Of a stretch of 64,000 nt of DNA, positions 16,871-28,334 are shown one piece after another. This DNA comes from Dictyostelium discoideum (taxonomy: Eukaryota). Positions within the stretch are counted from its first letter, which is position 1, and each line of letters begins with the position of its first letter. The notes beneath the pieces were generated by a model. That model saw nothing but the letters and a program-made list of their open reading frames with translations. It did no database searches and was not told the origin of the DNA. The stretch is from positions 5,632,001 through 5,696,000 of the forward strand of contig CM000151.3 in the NCBI GenBank assembly GCA_000004695.1. The letters are read 5' to 3'. The translations under genes were made by a program, and so were the position numbers.

Positions 16871-17301
16871 ATGTCTATAAATAAAGAAAAAACTAAATTT
16901 AACACTTTCAGACTCCCAACTAAAAAAAAAATTTGTTCATGTACACACAATGAATATTCAGAAGATTTGAAGATACCAAAAGCAATTGATGGTGTTCCAA
17001 TTGAACTCGAAAATATATTAACATTTAAAGAATATGAAAGAATTGTTAAAACTTGTAAAAGAATAATTTCTTTAAAAATGTTTACAGATAAATTGTACTA
17101 TATAACATTTGCTATGGGAATAGCTGCCTTTTTCTTATATTTCCCATTTTTATACACTCGTAGAAAATTATTGATTTTGGCAATGATTGCAGTAGTTAGT
17201 TTCATTCTTTTAGTTGGTTTAGCTTTATCAAGATTAACAATTATGGTAAGTAAATAATTATTTTATATAATCAAAAAAATTTTGTTTAGATAAAATTACT
17301 A

Positions 17302-17333
<32 letters not shown>

Positions 17334-17906
17334 CAGAAATTAAAAGCAAAATTAGATCAAAAAATTCAAATATTAAATAATGATTTTAAAGAAAAAAATA
17401 TAATAATTGAAAGAGAGGTTAAAAAAGAACAAGTTTCAAGTATGAGAACAAAAAATCATATTTTAATTAATATAATTTATAATATACAACTTATTGCAGA
17501 CCAATCAAATTCAACTAAAGCCGAAGAATCTTTACAAAAAGAAATTAAAAAAGAAATCCAAGTAATTGAAAAAAATCCAATTGATAAATTAATTAAAAAT
17601 AATTATAATAATAGTAATAATGATAATAATAGTAATAATAATAGTTCTTATACCCAATTAAATATATCTAAATTACAACAACCTCAGTCACAACCAATTG
17701 AAATAAAAATTAAAAATAAAAACAATGATTACCAAAAGATAGAATATTCAATTGAAATAATTAAAGATTTTAATGTAAATTTAAAGAATGTTGACGATGA
17801 TGATGATAATAACGATGTTGAAATTGAAATGGATTCAATGAACAAAGCAAACTTTGAAATGGTTTCAAATATCTATAGCGATGATAAAGCTCCATTGATT
17901 GTATAA
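16871..17906 (+). CDS. Hypothetical membrane protein with two predicted TM helices followed by a coiled-coil/Asn-rich tail. Exons 16871..17245, 17337..17439 and (after an optional 60-nt in-frame intron) 17500..17906.
   Basis: ORF 16871..17257 ends in ...LSRLTIM followed by GTAAGT. The acceptor AAACAG|AAATTAAAAGC at 17337 continues the frame into ORF 17442..17906. Hydrophobic segments are ITFAMGIAAFFLYFPFLY and LLILAMIAVVSFILLVGLAL. No recognisable family. Confidence 0.5.
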
Positions 17907-17945
17907 AAAAATAAATAAATAAAAAATAAATAAATAAAATCATTA

Positions 17946-17981
<36 letters not shown>

Positions 17982-18202
17982 TAATAGATATATTATAAAA
18001 TAATTTTATAAAATAATTTTATAATATATATAAAAAAAAACCTTGTTTAAAAACTAAAAGAAAAACCAAATATAAAGATATCTGAATAAATAATAGATAA
18101 AATATAAATTACAAGTTATTGAAATGAAAGAAAAAAAACAAATAAATAAATAAAAATTATTGTGAATGATTTTATTATTTATTATTATGATTGTTGGTAA
18201 TA

Positions 18203-20737
18203 TTATTTTCTACAAATTGAAATTGCTGAAAAGCAACCAACATTTTCATATGATTTTTGAGTCCTTGTTTTGACATAATTATATAAAATTGGTGTTAAAC
18301 AAGAAAATGTTGGATTTTTAAATAAAACAGTAGATTTTATAATTTCAGTGGTGGTTTTAATTGTTGTTTCAACTGTAGTTCTAATACATGATGAAGTTGT
18401 TGTTGTCACTGTTGTTGATGTAGTTATTAATGGTTCAATTGTCTTTGGTAAAAATGTATAGTTTACTATGTCACCGTCGATGATTTGAATTTTATCTATA
18501 AATTCTTTTTTTACTTTATTTTTACTTGCAATATATGTCGAAATATTTAATTGAAATTCATTATTATTAAAAAATTGGTTTAACAAATTCCACATTACTA
18601 AATCTGATCCACAAAGTTCATTATTTGATGAATATAAAAACTTAAGTGTTAATGCAACTGTTTTACTTTTGTCATTTATAATTTCTAAAATTTCATCTTT
18701 TAAAAGTTTGATTAAATTAATTTGAATTTCCTGTACTTGTTTCTCATTCATTGATGTTTCTATTGATGTAGGATTGTTTAAATTTAAATAGCCATATTCA
18801 TTATCATACAATGTAAATGCATTTGTTTGGTATCCAACATATGTTTGCCTTTGTTGGAAATCTTTTTGAAGAAAAAAAACAGTTTGGGTCAAATATTCAT
18901 TTTGGTTTGATGATTTTGGATTATTTTGAAATTCTAAACCTGGAAAATAAAATTCGAATAATAATTTATAAATTTTCAATGTATTCTGGTACATATCAAC
19001 TGTTGAATATCTAACAGGAGTTGTTTCATTTTGACATAACATATTGCCTAATAAATAATTAAAGTTAAGATAACTTTGAATATAATTTTTAGGACCAAAA
19101 ACTAAATTTGAAAATTTAATTTTTGATAAAATAAAACTATTCCAATGTTTGCAAACCAAATGTAAACTTTGACAAAATGAGAAAAACTGTTCATCACCTT
19201 TTGAATAATCAATTGAATAATTTAAAATTTTTAAAGTTAATAAATTTGAAAGTTTAAAACTGTTTACTGCTATCTTTGTTTCAACCACATGTTTATGATT
19301 TAATTTTTGTTTTTTTGATACAATATATGGTATTTGAATAAATGATGGATTATTGGAAACATTTGAATTTTCATTTGTAATAATAATCACTGAAAATATG
19401 AGTGAGCTCTCATACTCACTACGATGATTCAAATTGCATGATCTAAAAATTCCATGATTTCTTAAATTTTGATTTGAAAATAACAATACATTTGAAAGGT
19501 TTATTTCATTAATATCATATACATTGAAAATTATATTGTGTGATTTAATGAGTGATACCATTTTTATATTATTTGTTCCATAATGATTTATTAATGAGTC
19601 GTACATATATAAGTCCATACCACTTAATTTTTCAATCCAATCAGAGGTTGTATACAAATCGTTCAAAATAATTCCTATTTGGTTACCTTTGTATATAAGT
19701 TTATCAAATTCAATTATCACCATTTTCATTGCAATATTTCTAAAACCAATACTTTCTATGGATGGTGATCCCAATCGTTGCATTTTAAATGGATCCATTG
19801 TAAACATATCAAATTCTAGTAAACCAAAATATGGGTTTCGGTTGTTTGAATTTATAAATACTGTAATATCATTATCAGGTAAAACGCAATACTTTATTGA
19901 GTATTTATTATAATCAAAAAACATACCACTCTTTGAAATAGATATTTTTTCAAATAATTTTGATCGATTATGTCTTATTTCAATTTCATCACCATCATAT
20001 CCTATTGGAACAAATAATTTACCCACAAATCTTTTTCCATTTTCAACAGTTACCCATTTATTAATTATTTGATTTTCTTGTTGTATTCCATCCAATTCAA
20101 CTCCATTTGTTGTGATATTATTGTTTGTTTGTTTAAATATATGTAATTTTATAAAATCAACTTGTCTTTGGTTTGTACTGTACATACTATCTATTGAATA
20201 TGTTACCCAATAACCATCCTTATAATTAGGAATAACCAAATCATAATGATTCTCAATGATTTTATAATTGTCATTTTTATTTATCGAAGTTGCAATCTTT
20301 AATAGTTCATGAAAATTTGGACTAAATATTTTACCACATTTTGTAAAATTAATATAAATGTATGGATTTATACAAAATATTGTTTTGTTTTCTTTTATTT
20401 TTTTTTCTTGTCCTTCTATATCTTCATGATCTTCATCATCATCTTCTTCATAGTCGTCATCGTATATAATTGGAGTATTAATAAAACTATCAATTGTGGT
20501 TGCCTTACTACTATTTCTTGAATTATTATTATCGAATTCATCATTATCAACAGTTTCTATACAAAAGGATACTTTATTTGGGAAATAAAGAAAATTCATT
20601 AAACTATTTATTTTTATATTATCAATGCTATTATCATATAAATCAATTAAACTAAAAATATTTGAATGATTTTTTTTTTTATTTATTGAATCTATAATTG
20701 AATCTCTTATTTTAAGATAACTATTTAAATAATCCAT
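18203..20737 (-). CDS. Large orphan protein, 844 aa; acidic DE-rich patch and Thr-rich C-terminus; no recognisable domain.
   Basis: Single uninterrupted minus-strand ORF, in a divergent pair with the GIY-YIG gene. Codon usage is less AT3-biased than neighbouring housekeeping genes (CGA, TTG, GGA, CCT, GTG present). Confidence 0.55.
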   Translation of the reverse strand: MDYLNSYLKIRDSIIDSINKKKNHSNIFSLIDLYDNSIDNIKINSLMNFLYFPNKVSFCIETVDNDEFDNNNSRNSSKATTIDSFINTPIIYDDDYEEDDDEDHEDIEGQEKKIKENKTIFCINPYIYINFTKCGKIFSPNFHELLKIATSINKNDNYKIIENHYDLVIPNYKDGYWVTYSIDSMYSTNQRQVDFIKLHIFKQTNNNITTNGVELDGIQQENQIINKWVTVENGKRFVGKLFVPIGYDGDEIEIRHNRSKLFEKISISKSGMFFDYNKYSIKYCVLPDNDITVFINSNNRNPYFGLLEFDMFTMDPFKMQRLGSPSIESIGFRNIAMKMVIIEFDKLIYKGNQIGIILNDLYTTSDWIEKLSGMDLYMYDSLINHYGTNNIKMVSLIKSHNIIFNVYDINEINLSNVLLFSNQNLRNHGIFRSCNLNHRSEYESSLIFSVIIITNENSNVSNNPSFIQIPYIVSKKQKLNHKHVVETKIAVNSFKLSNLLTLKILNYSIDYSKGDEQFFSFCQSLHLVCKHWNSFILSKIKFSNLVFGPKNYIQSYLNFNYLLGNMLCQNETTPVRYSTVDMYQNTLKIYKLLFEFYFPGLEFQNNPKSSNQNEYLTQTVFFLQKDFQQRQTYVGYQTNAFTLYDNEYGYLNLNNPTSIETSMNEKQVQEIQINLIKLLKDEILEIINDKSKTVALTLKFLYSSNNELCGSDLVMWNLLNQFFNNNEFQLNISTYIASKNKVKKEFIDKIQIIDGDIVNYTFLPKTIEPLITTSTTVTTTTSSCIRTTVETTIKTTTEIIKSTVLFKNPTFSCLTPILYNYVKTRTQKSYENVGCFSAISICRK

Positions 20738-20963
20738 TTAAATTTTTTAAAACTATTTTATTACAAAAAATTAAATATTAAAAAATTAAAAAAATAACTT
20801 AAATTTTTTTTTTTTTATTAATCAAAGCAAATACTTACGTTAAAAAAAACATATATATATTATAATAAATTGAATTTTGGAAATTTTATTTATTTATTTT
20901 TGGTGGTAATACCACATGTGGGAAATAATTAATAAAAAAATACAAAAACAAAAAAAATTAATT

Positions 20964-21007
<44 letters not shown>

Positions 21008-21319
21008 ATTGGAAAAATTTAGGGTTTGACCATACAAAACTTTTTTTAAATTAATTATTATTTTGTTTTACAAATTTAGTAAATTTAAATAATTTTTTGA
21101 GTGAATAAATAAGCTATTTATATAATACAAAAAATTGTAAATTTTACATTTCAAATAAACATTCATTGCTTTACAAATTTTTCACTGCAAAAAAAAAAAT
21201 AAAAAAAATAATTAAGCAATGTATGTATGTATTAAGTGAAAAAAAATTTTATGAGTGGAATGTTTAAATAAAAATTAAATATAATATAATTTATTTAAAC
21301 ATAATTTTAATATTTTAAA

Positions 21320-23053
21320 ATGCTCAATAATTATATTCACAAATTAGTTTATATTTTTTTTTTTTTTTTTGTTTCATTGAAAGTTTCATATTGTAATTTG
21401 CATTATTTAGGATTAGATTGGAATCAAAATGTTGGAGGTAAATGGATTTGTGTTGATAAAAATTCACAACCTAATATCAAAGATTTTTTTTATAAATATA
21501 ATGGTGGTTTTCATAAGTATATTTATAAAACTTATAATTTTTCATATCCCAATAAACCAACAGGAAATGGTGTATATGTTTATTTTTCCCAAAATGGTGA
21601 AATAGCCTATATAGGAAAATCGTGGCAGAAAAAATTTAACGGGATTTATGATAGGATTGCAGCCCATCAAAATAAAGATTTGTTTGGCCAACCAAAAAAT
21701 AAAGATGAAATTCTAAAAGAAATAAATGGTTTACTTTCACATGATGAGATTCAAAATATTGAAAAAAGAGAGAAAATTACTAAATATTGTTACCTACCAA
21801 TTCCCAATAACTCTCCAAGAGAATTAGCATATTATATAGAAGGTAGTTTACTCTCAATTTTCCATTCTTCTATTAATTCTTGGCAAAACGGAGGCCCTTC
21901 TGGTGATACGGGTATTTTTAATCGTTTTAGAATTCCAATAATAAGATATACCACAAATGAATATTCTATGTTGTATACTGCAAATGATGAAAATGTTAAT
22001 AATTACTATTCTGTATTTGAGAATCCGGACTTTTATAAAATTTTTTATTACTTCAAGAATTATCAAAAAGTAGAAGATGATTTGGAAAATTGTGAACAAG
22101 AATTAAAAATAAATAAAAATGAATTGAAACGAGAAATTTCGTCAATCCAAAAATTTTTGAAATCCACCAATTTGGAGGATGCATTCCATAATTTTAGAAT
22201 TGGATATATAAAGGGTCACTCGAAAAACAGTAATCAAGCAGTACCAGGGGTTACTTTTACTAATATGCTGTCAGCTCTGTTTTATAATGTTAATTTGTTG
22301 CCAAAGTCTAATGAAAATGTTGAAATGCTTATTAAAATTTTAGAAAAAGTACAAAATGATGGAAATAAAAATAAAGCTAATGAAGTTTTTTGTCCTCAGG
22401 AAAAATCTTTAAATTATAAAATTCAAACTTTAGAAAAGAACAATGAAGATGCTAGAATAGTAAATAATCAACTTAATTCGACGATTAATTCAAATGAAAT
22501 AAAAAACAAAGACATAATTTCAAAACAAGAAAATGAAATTATTACTTTAAAAATTGAAAATCAAAAATTAAAAAGTAACATTACTCTATTATATGGTGAA
22601 ATTTCAATTTTAGAAAAACAATTAAATGGTAACATTACTCAATTAAATGGTGCAATATCAATTTTAGAAAAACAATTAAATGGTAACATTACCTTATTAA
22701 ATGAAGAAATTTCATCATTGAACTCAATAATTACTGATTATGAAAGAAATAATACAATTTTGACTCATCAAGCAGAGCTTGATTCATTTGAATTAAAATC
22801 ATATGATCAATGTATTATTGATAGAAATAGATACAAAATGGAATCAGAAAAATCACCATTTAATTTAAAACAATACCCATCGTTGGTTAAAATTGATGAT
22901 GTTTCACAATGTCCAAAATATAAATGCTTAAAAAGAAAATCATTAAATGAGTGGACTATTGGACTAAACATCCCAGCTTTTTGTAGAGAAAGTCGATATG
23001 ATTGTTCGTTGTGTTACAAATACATAGAATGCAGTTTTTCTGATGAATTTTAA
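21320..23053 (+). CDS. GIY-YIG nuclease-domain protein, 577 aa. Layout: N-terminal hydrophobic signal/anchor, GIY-YIG domain (about aa 80–200), coiled coil with tandem about 20-aa repeats, Cys-rich C-terminus.
   Basis: Motif GVYVYFSQNGEIAYIGKS-(x12)-R-IAA-H followed by YIEGSLLSIFHSSINSWQNG matches GIY-x10-YIG…R-x3-H…E…N of GIY-YIG endonucleases (I-TevI/SLX1 type). N-terminus is MLNNYIHKLVYIFFFFFVSLKVSYC. Repeats: EISILEKQLNGNITQLNGAISILEKQLNGNITLLNEEISSLN. C-terminus: CPKYKCLKRK…CRESRYDCSLCYKYIEC. Codon usage is strikingly atypical (frequent TCG, CAG, GGG, AGG, GCC, GGC, CCG, ACG, CTC). Confidence 0.6.
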   Translation: MLNNYIHKLVYIFFFFFVSLKVSYCNLHYLGLDWNQNVGGKWICVDKNSQPNIKDFFYKYNGGFHKYIYKTYNFSYPNKPTGNGVYVYFSQNGEIAYIGKSWQKKFNGIYDRIAAHQNKDLFGQPKNKDEILKEINGLLSHDEIQNIEKREKITKYCYLPIPNNSPRELAYYIEGSLLSIFHSSINSWQNGGPSGDTGIFNRFRIPIIRYTTNEYSMLYTANDENVNNYYSVFENPDFYKIFYYFKNYQKVEDDLENCEQELKINKNELKREISSIQKFLKSTNLEDAFHNFRIGYIKGHSKNSNQAVPGVTFTNMLSALFYNVNLLPKSNENVEMLIKILEKVQNDGNKNKANEVFCPQEKSLNYKIQTLEKNNEDARIVNNQLNSTINSNEIKNKDIISKQENEIITLKIENQKLKSNITLLYGEISILEKQLNGNITQLNGAISILEKQLNGNITLLNEEISSLNSIITDYERNNTILTHQAELDSFELKSYDQCIIDRNRYKMESEKSPFNLKQYPSLVKIDDVSQCPKYKCLKRKSLNEWTIGLNIPAFCRESRYDCSLCYKYIECSFSDEF

Positions 23054-23252
23054 ACAAATTTAAGCGCACTTTTTGTAATTTAAAATATTTTTATATGGGA
23101 GCCCATATAAAATTAATATGTATAATTTTCAAATTTTGAAAAATGCTAAAACTTGAATGTTTTTCACAATATATTTCTCAATCACTCCAATTAAACCATA
23201 GTTTTATTCAAAATAAATTAATAATTAATATCAACAATAAATAGATTTTTTG

Positions 23253-23283
<31 letters not shown>

Positions 23284-23916
23284 GGTTTTTTAAAACTGAT
23301 TTTAGGCTTTTTATTATTTTTTAAAAAATTCTATTATATGGTTATATATTTGTTTTAACTTTTAAATTTTATCTTTAATTTATTTTTTATAAATAATCTG
23401 AATAAAAATAATAATTTAATTATAATTAATACTATTAAAATGAGTTGATAGAATTAACTATAAAAGGATAATTAATATTATTAATTTAATAATTTTTGGA
23501 GTTATTTATAATAATTGAAAATATTTTTTTTAATAATATATAATTCATAAAAATTAATTAATAATACTATTTAAATTAACAATTAATAAAATATTGATAC
23601 CAATAAATGAATGTAATGATATATTAAAATTAATATCAACACCACTATTAAATGATGATATAAATGGTTTATTTTTAATTTAATATAAATTTTTTTTTTT
23701 TTTTTTTCCTTAAAAAAAAAAAAATTATAAATATATATTATTTATTTTGAAGTTTTATTTGAAAGGTAAAATGATTAAAAAGTTATAATAAAAGAAATGA
23801 ATTGATTGGATTATTTACATTAAATTGTTTAATAAAATATAAATAATAATTTTTTTACCTATTATTACTATAAATTATTACAATTTTAATTTTTTTTTTT
23901 TTTTTTAAAAATTATT

Positions 23917-24299
23917 TTAAAAACTAAAAAATTTCTTCTTCTTTTTAAGATGTTTCTTAATTGTCATATAATGTTGAAATCTTTTTTCACACATTTTACA
24001 ACCTCTACATAATATATATAAATATTGGGAATCCTCCATTATATATGATGATGGATTTTTTTTATCTGATTCTCTTTTTGAAAATAAAGTTCTTGGTGTC
24101 ATTGGTCCTTTTTGCGATTCCTTTGGTTTTGGACTTGTAGGTAAAGATTTTCCTCTTGATGATAATACTTTTGTAGGAGTTTGTTGACCTTCAACTGGAA
24201 CATCATTTGAATTTAATTCTTTTTACCAAATAAATTATTAAGATTAATATAAATATAAATTATATACATTCAAAAAAAAAAAAAAATAAAAATAAAATA

Positions 24300-24335
<36 letters not shown>

Positions 24336-24376
24336 GAATAAATACCATTTAAACCAATTAACTTTGGTACAATCAT
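23917..24376 (-). CDS. Small (about 110 aa) Ser/Pro/Lys-rich protein with a C-terminal Cys/His cluster, possibly a zinc ribbon. Two exons: 24376..24346 and 24218..23917.
   Basis: MIVPKLIGLN G|gtattt … (T)nAG|ELNSNDVPVEGQQTPTKVLSSRGKSLPTSPKPKESQKGPMTPRTLFSKRESDKKNPSSYIMEDSQYLYILCRGCKMCEKRFQHYMTIKKHLKKKKKFFSF*. Splice phases are consistent. Confidence 0.45.
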
Positions 24377-25818
24377 TTTATTTATGTTGAAATTTTAATT
24401 ATATTACAAAAAATTTTTTTTTTTTAATTAATAAAAAAAAAAAAAAAAAAATGTTGAGAAAATTAGATATATAAATATAAAAAAAAAACTAAAAATAGGT
24501 TAAGAAATTTTAAAAACAAAAAGTTTCTATTTATAAATATTTGTTATTTTTATAATGAGGTGAGTTTTCAATGTGTTATAAGAAAAAGGTTCTTTTTTAT
24601 TTTTTTTAAATATGAAAAATATTATGAAAAAAAAAAAAAATTAATTTATTAAAAAAAAAAAAAAAGAAAAAAAAAAACAATTATTTATTTAATAAAAAAA
24701 TAAATTGTTATTGTTATCATTTGTAAACAAGTAAAATTTCGAATTTGTGTTGTTATCATTAAGTGGTTTGTGTGTTAAAAGTGTGGTGCGTGTGTGTAGA
24801 ATTAATTTAAATTTTTTTTTTTTTTTTTTTCAAGTGAGAAACGCGTTTGTTGGGGGGTGTGGAAATCAGAAATTTACAAATAAATTGTAGATTATTAATA
24901 GAAATTTTTTTTTTTTTTTACAAAACACACTTTGCATTATAATTTATGATTTTGATCAGAAAATCTTGTTTTAAAATGTTTTATTAATTTTTTTAAAGTT
25001 TGGATTTAAAATATTAATAATAAAAAAAAAAGAAAAACAATTTTTTTTTAAAATAATTAAAATAATTATATGAAAATTTTTTATAAAACTTTGAGATTTA
25101 TTCAATAATTGAGGGCAAAAGGTTTTTTATAATATCTCGTTTTTAATTAAAAAAAAAAAAAACATAGATTAATATTAACTTTAATTAATAATTATTTTAA
25201 TTTTAAATTTAATTTTAAAATAATTAATTTAAAAAATATATAAGGAAATTGAAATCATACCTCAAATTTTGTGAAAAAAAAAAAAAATTTAAAAGAATAA
25301 TCGATTGTATCTATAGATTTTAAGAGTGATTAAAACTATAATAAAAGAATTCGAATTACTGGATTTTTTTTTTTTTTTTTTTTCAAAAAATTTAAAAAAA
25401 AAGATATCTACCAAATAATAGTCTCGATTATAATAATAAAATAAATATAAAAAAATAAGTTATGTTGTAGTTTATTTATTATAAAAAAAAAAAAAAACTG
25501 TTTACTTTTTAATGATATTTTATTTTGTAAATTATATTTGTAAAATAGTTTTTGTAGTTTCGGTCCGAAAATATCTCAGTTTCAAGTATGGATTGAATTT
25601 ATTCGACATCTCAAATATATAAAAATAAAAGAAAAATTGATATTAAATTTAATATTTAATATTAAAAAATAAAAGAAAAATTGATATTAAATTTAAATTT
25701 TAAATTTTATAGATTATCAAAGGATCTTTATAAATCCTTATTTAATCATAGTTTTACTTTATTTTCTAATTTTTTTTTTTTTTGTTTTTTTTTATGTAAT
25801 TATTATATATATATATAT

Positions 25819-25858
<40 letters not shown>

Positions 25859-25919
25859 TTTTTTAATTATTATTTTTTAATTTAAATCTAAATAAAATTA
25901 TTATTATTTTTTACTACTA

Positions 25920-27177
25920 TTATACAATTGAAGATTCAGGATTTGAACTTACTGAAGCTGATAATGGTGAAGGATTTTCAAAATGATTTGAAGATGTTGT
26001 AGTTGAAGAGGAAGGTGAGAAAAATAATTTATGTTCATATTTACTTCTAATATATTTATCTCTTTCTTCCATTGTTGAGTCAGGAGTCAGTTTTTTAAAT
26101 TGTGGAGGTATATTATATTCATAGAGTTGATTTACTTTATCATTACCGCCGGTATCTCTAAAGAATTGAATCATATTTCTATCCCAAATATCCATTGTTA
26201 CAGAACGTACCTTTGAAAGATGAACACCTAAATTACGATGAACACCACTACAATTGATACAAATGAAAACACCCAAATTAATTGATGCCCACAATGGTGA
26301 TGGACAACCACAATCTGAGCAATATTTATTATCCTCTTGTTCCAATAGTTTGTTTAGTGATTCTTTATTTTCATCCAACATTTTTTGAACACCATCTTCA
26401 ACATCATCTTCTTTCAATCTCATACTTAAACGATTACTACTATTTACACTGCTACTACTAGTATTGCTATTTGTTCTTGAATGACTACTATGACCACCAC
26501 CACCACTACCACCACTACCACCACCACCAGTTTTATATTTCAAATAAGCTTCCATTGAAATGGATTGAGCAGACTGTATACAAGTTATCCAATTTAACAT
26601 TTGTGAACCAGAAACACAAGAGAAATGTAAAGTTTTATCGGTAGTGAGTACTTGGAATGTATATTTATCGTTTGTGGATTTTACAACCTTTGCAGAGCAG
26701 AATATGATTTGAATTGATTTCTTTGGTTCTTTCTTTGATGTCTCTTGTTGTTCTTGTGATTTATAGATGGAAATTGATTCTTGATTTAAAACCACCCATC
26801 TTTGTTTCCATTTACTAATTAATTTACCACCTTGAACTCCAAGATATCCTTTCTTAAATCCATTCATTTCATCATCTGCACTACTACTATCGAATGTTGA
26901 TGAACTTGGTGAACCTGGTGCTAATGAACCATTGATTTTATTTGGTGTTAACATTTTATTTACTGAAGGTGAACCACCATTACTACCAACCTTTTTATGT
27001 GTTGGTACAAATCCACTATGCGATTTCTCTGTAGTTGTTGTAGTTGTTGTAGTTGTTTCTCTTGGTGATCCTGGTGATACTGTTGATAATGGTGGTAAAC
27101 TATATCTTTGATTTGATTTTTTAATTTTCTATTATTAAAAATAAATAAATAAATAAATAAAATTATTAATATAAATA

Positions 27178-27235
<58 letters not shown>

Positions 27236-27691
27236 TTTAGTTATAACTATATTACAACATACATTAACTTGTGGTGACAATGAAGATGTATTTGAACTAT
27301 TTAATGAACGTAAAAAGAAGATAACACCACGTAATGATACGATCCAAGCGAAATATTCAAATTCTTCAAATGGTGGAGTTGATAAATAACGTGTTACAAT
27401 TGGACCATTTTCATTGTATTGACCATTTCCAAATACCAATGTTGCTGTTAATTGGAAACAATTATCTTTAATCTCTTTTTCTTTAACTTGACCTTTGTCC
27501 AATGATAAAACTTCAATCTCTATTTCATCTTTATTACTCTCATAAATGAATAAACAACCCTCTTTTAATACACACCATCTTTGATTCCAATTATCTCCTC
27601 CAATCGTTGGTGAAATATATTGTGTTGCATCTGATCTTAATATATTTAAAAATCCTCGTTTCTCTGGAACTTCCAATGAAATACCTGGCAT
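25920..27691 (-). CDS. ArfGAP-domain protein with two PH domains (PH–PH–ArfGAP), about 545 aa. Exons 27691..27263 and 27128..25920; the 134-nt intron carries (ATT)n.
   Basis: Exon 1 PH domain: GFLNILRSD…NWNQRWCVLKEGCLFIYESNKDEIEIEVLSLDKGQVKEKE…CFQLTAT, ending PQVN|GTATGT. Exon 2 PH domain: KKGYLGVQGGKLISKWKQRWVVLNQESISIYKS…KYTFQVLTTDKTLHFSC. ArfGAP zinc finger: CSDCGCPSPLWASINLGVFICINCSGVHRNLGVHLSKVRSVTMDIWD. An in-frame stop 8 codons upstream of ATG 27691 fixes the start. Confidence 0.8.
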
Positions 27692-28097
27692 TTTTTTTAT
27701 TATTATTATTATTTAATTTTATTATTATTATTAAATAAATATTTTTGTTAATTTTAAAAAAATAAATAAATAAATAAACAAATAAATAAAATAAATAGAA
27801 ATAAATAAATAGAAATACAATCAAACTAAATAATGAATTAAAAAATAAATAAATAAAAAAATTTTAACCTTTTTTTAATAAAAAAAAAAAAAAATATATT
27901 AAAAAAAAAAAATAATAACCATCCAAAAAAATACAATAATAAAAATACAAAAAACATTTTATATTAATTATTCAATGACAATAGTAATTGTTTTTGTTTT
28001 GTGTATTTTTAAGTGTTGGTGTTTATATGTATTTATATTATAAAATACACTACAATACCAAAATGGTGTAAGCATACTATTAAGATAAAGATCTTTT

Positions 28098-28098
28098 A

Positions 28099-28140
<42 letters not shown>
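28098..28140. repeat. (TG)19 dinucleotide microsatellite.
   Basis: TGTCTGTGTGTG…TGTATATGTGTGG. Confidence 0.9.
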
Positions 28141-28148
<8 letters not shown>

Positions 28149-28334
28149 GTTTATTTATTTTATAAAAAAAATTAAATAAAAATAAAAACATAATAAAAAT
28201 ATGGACAGTGGGTGTTGCTTATAAATGATATTTAAAAGAAAAAAATATAATTTTTTAAAAAAAAAAAAAAAAACAAATAATGCTATTTTTGATTTATATT
28301 GTTATTGATGATTTATAGTAATCAAGATTGTGTG

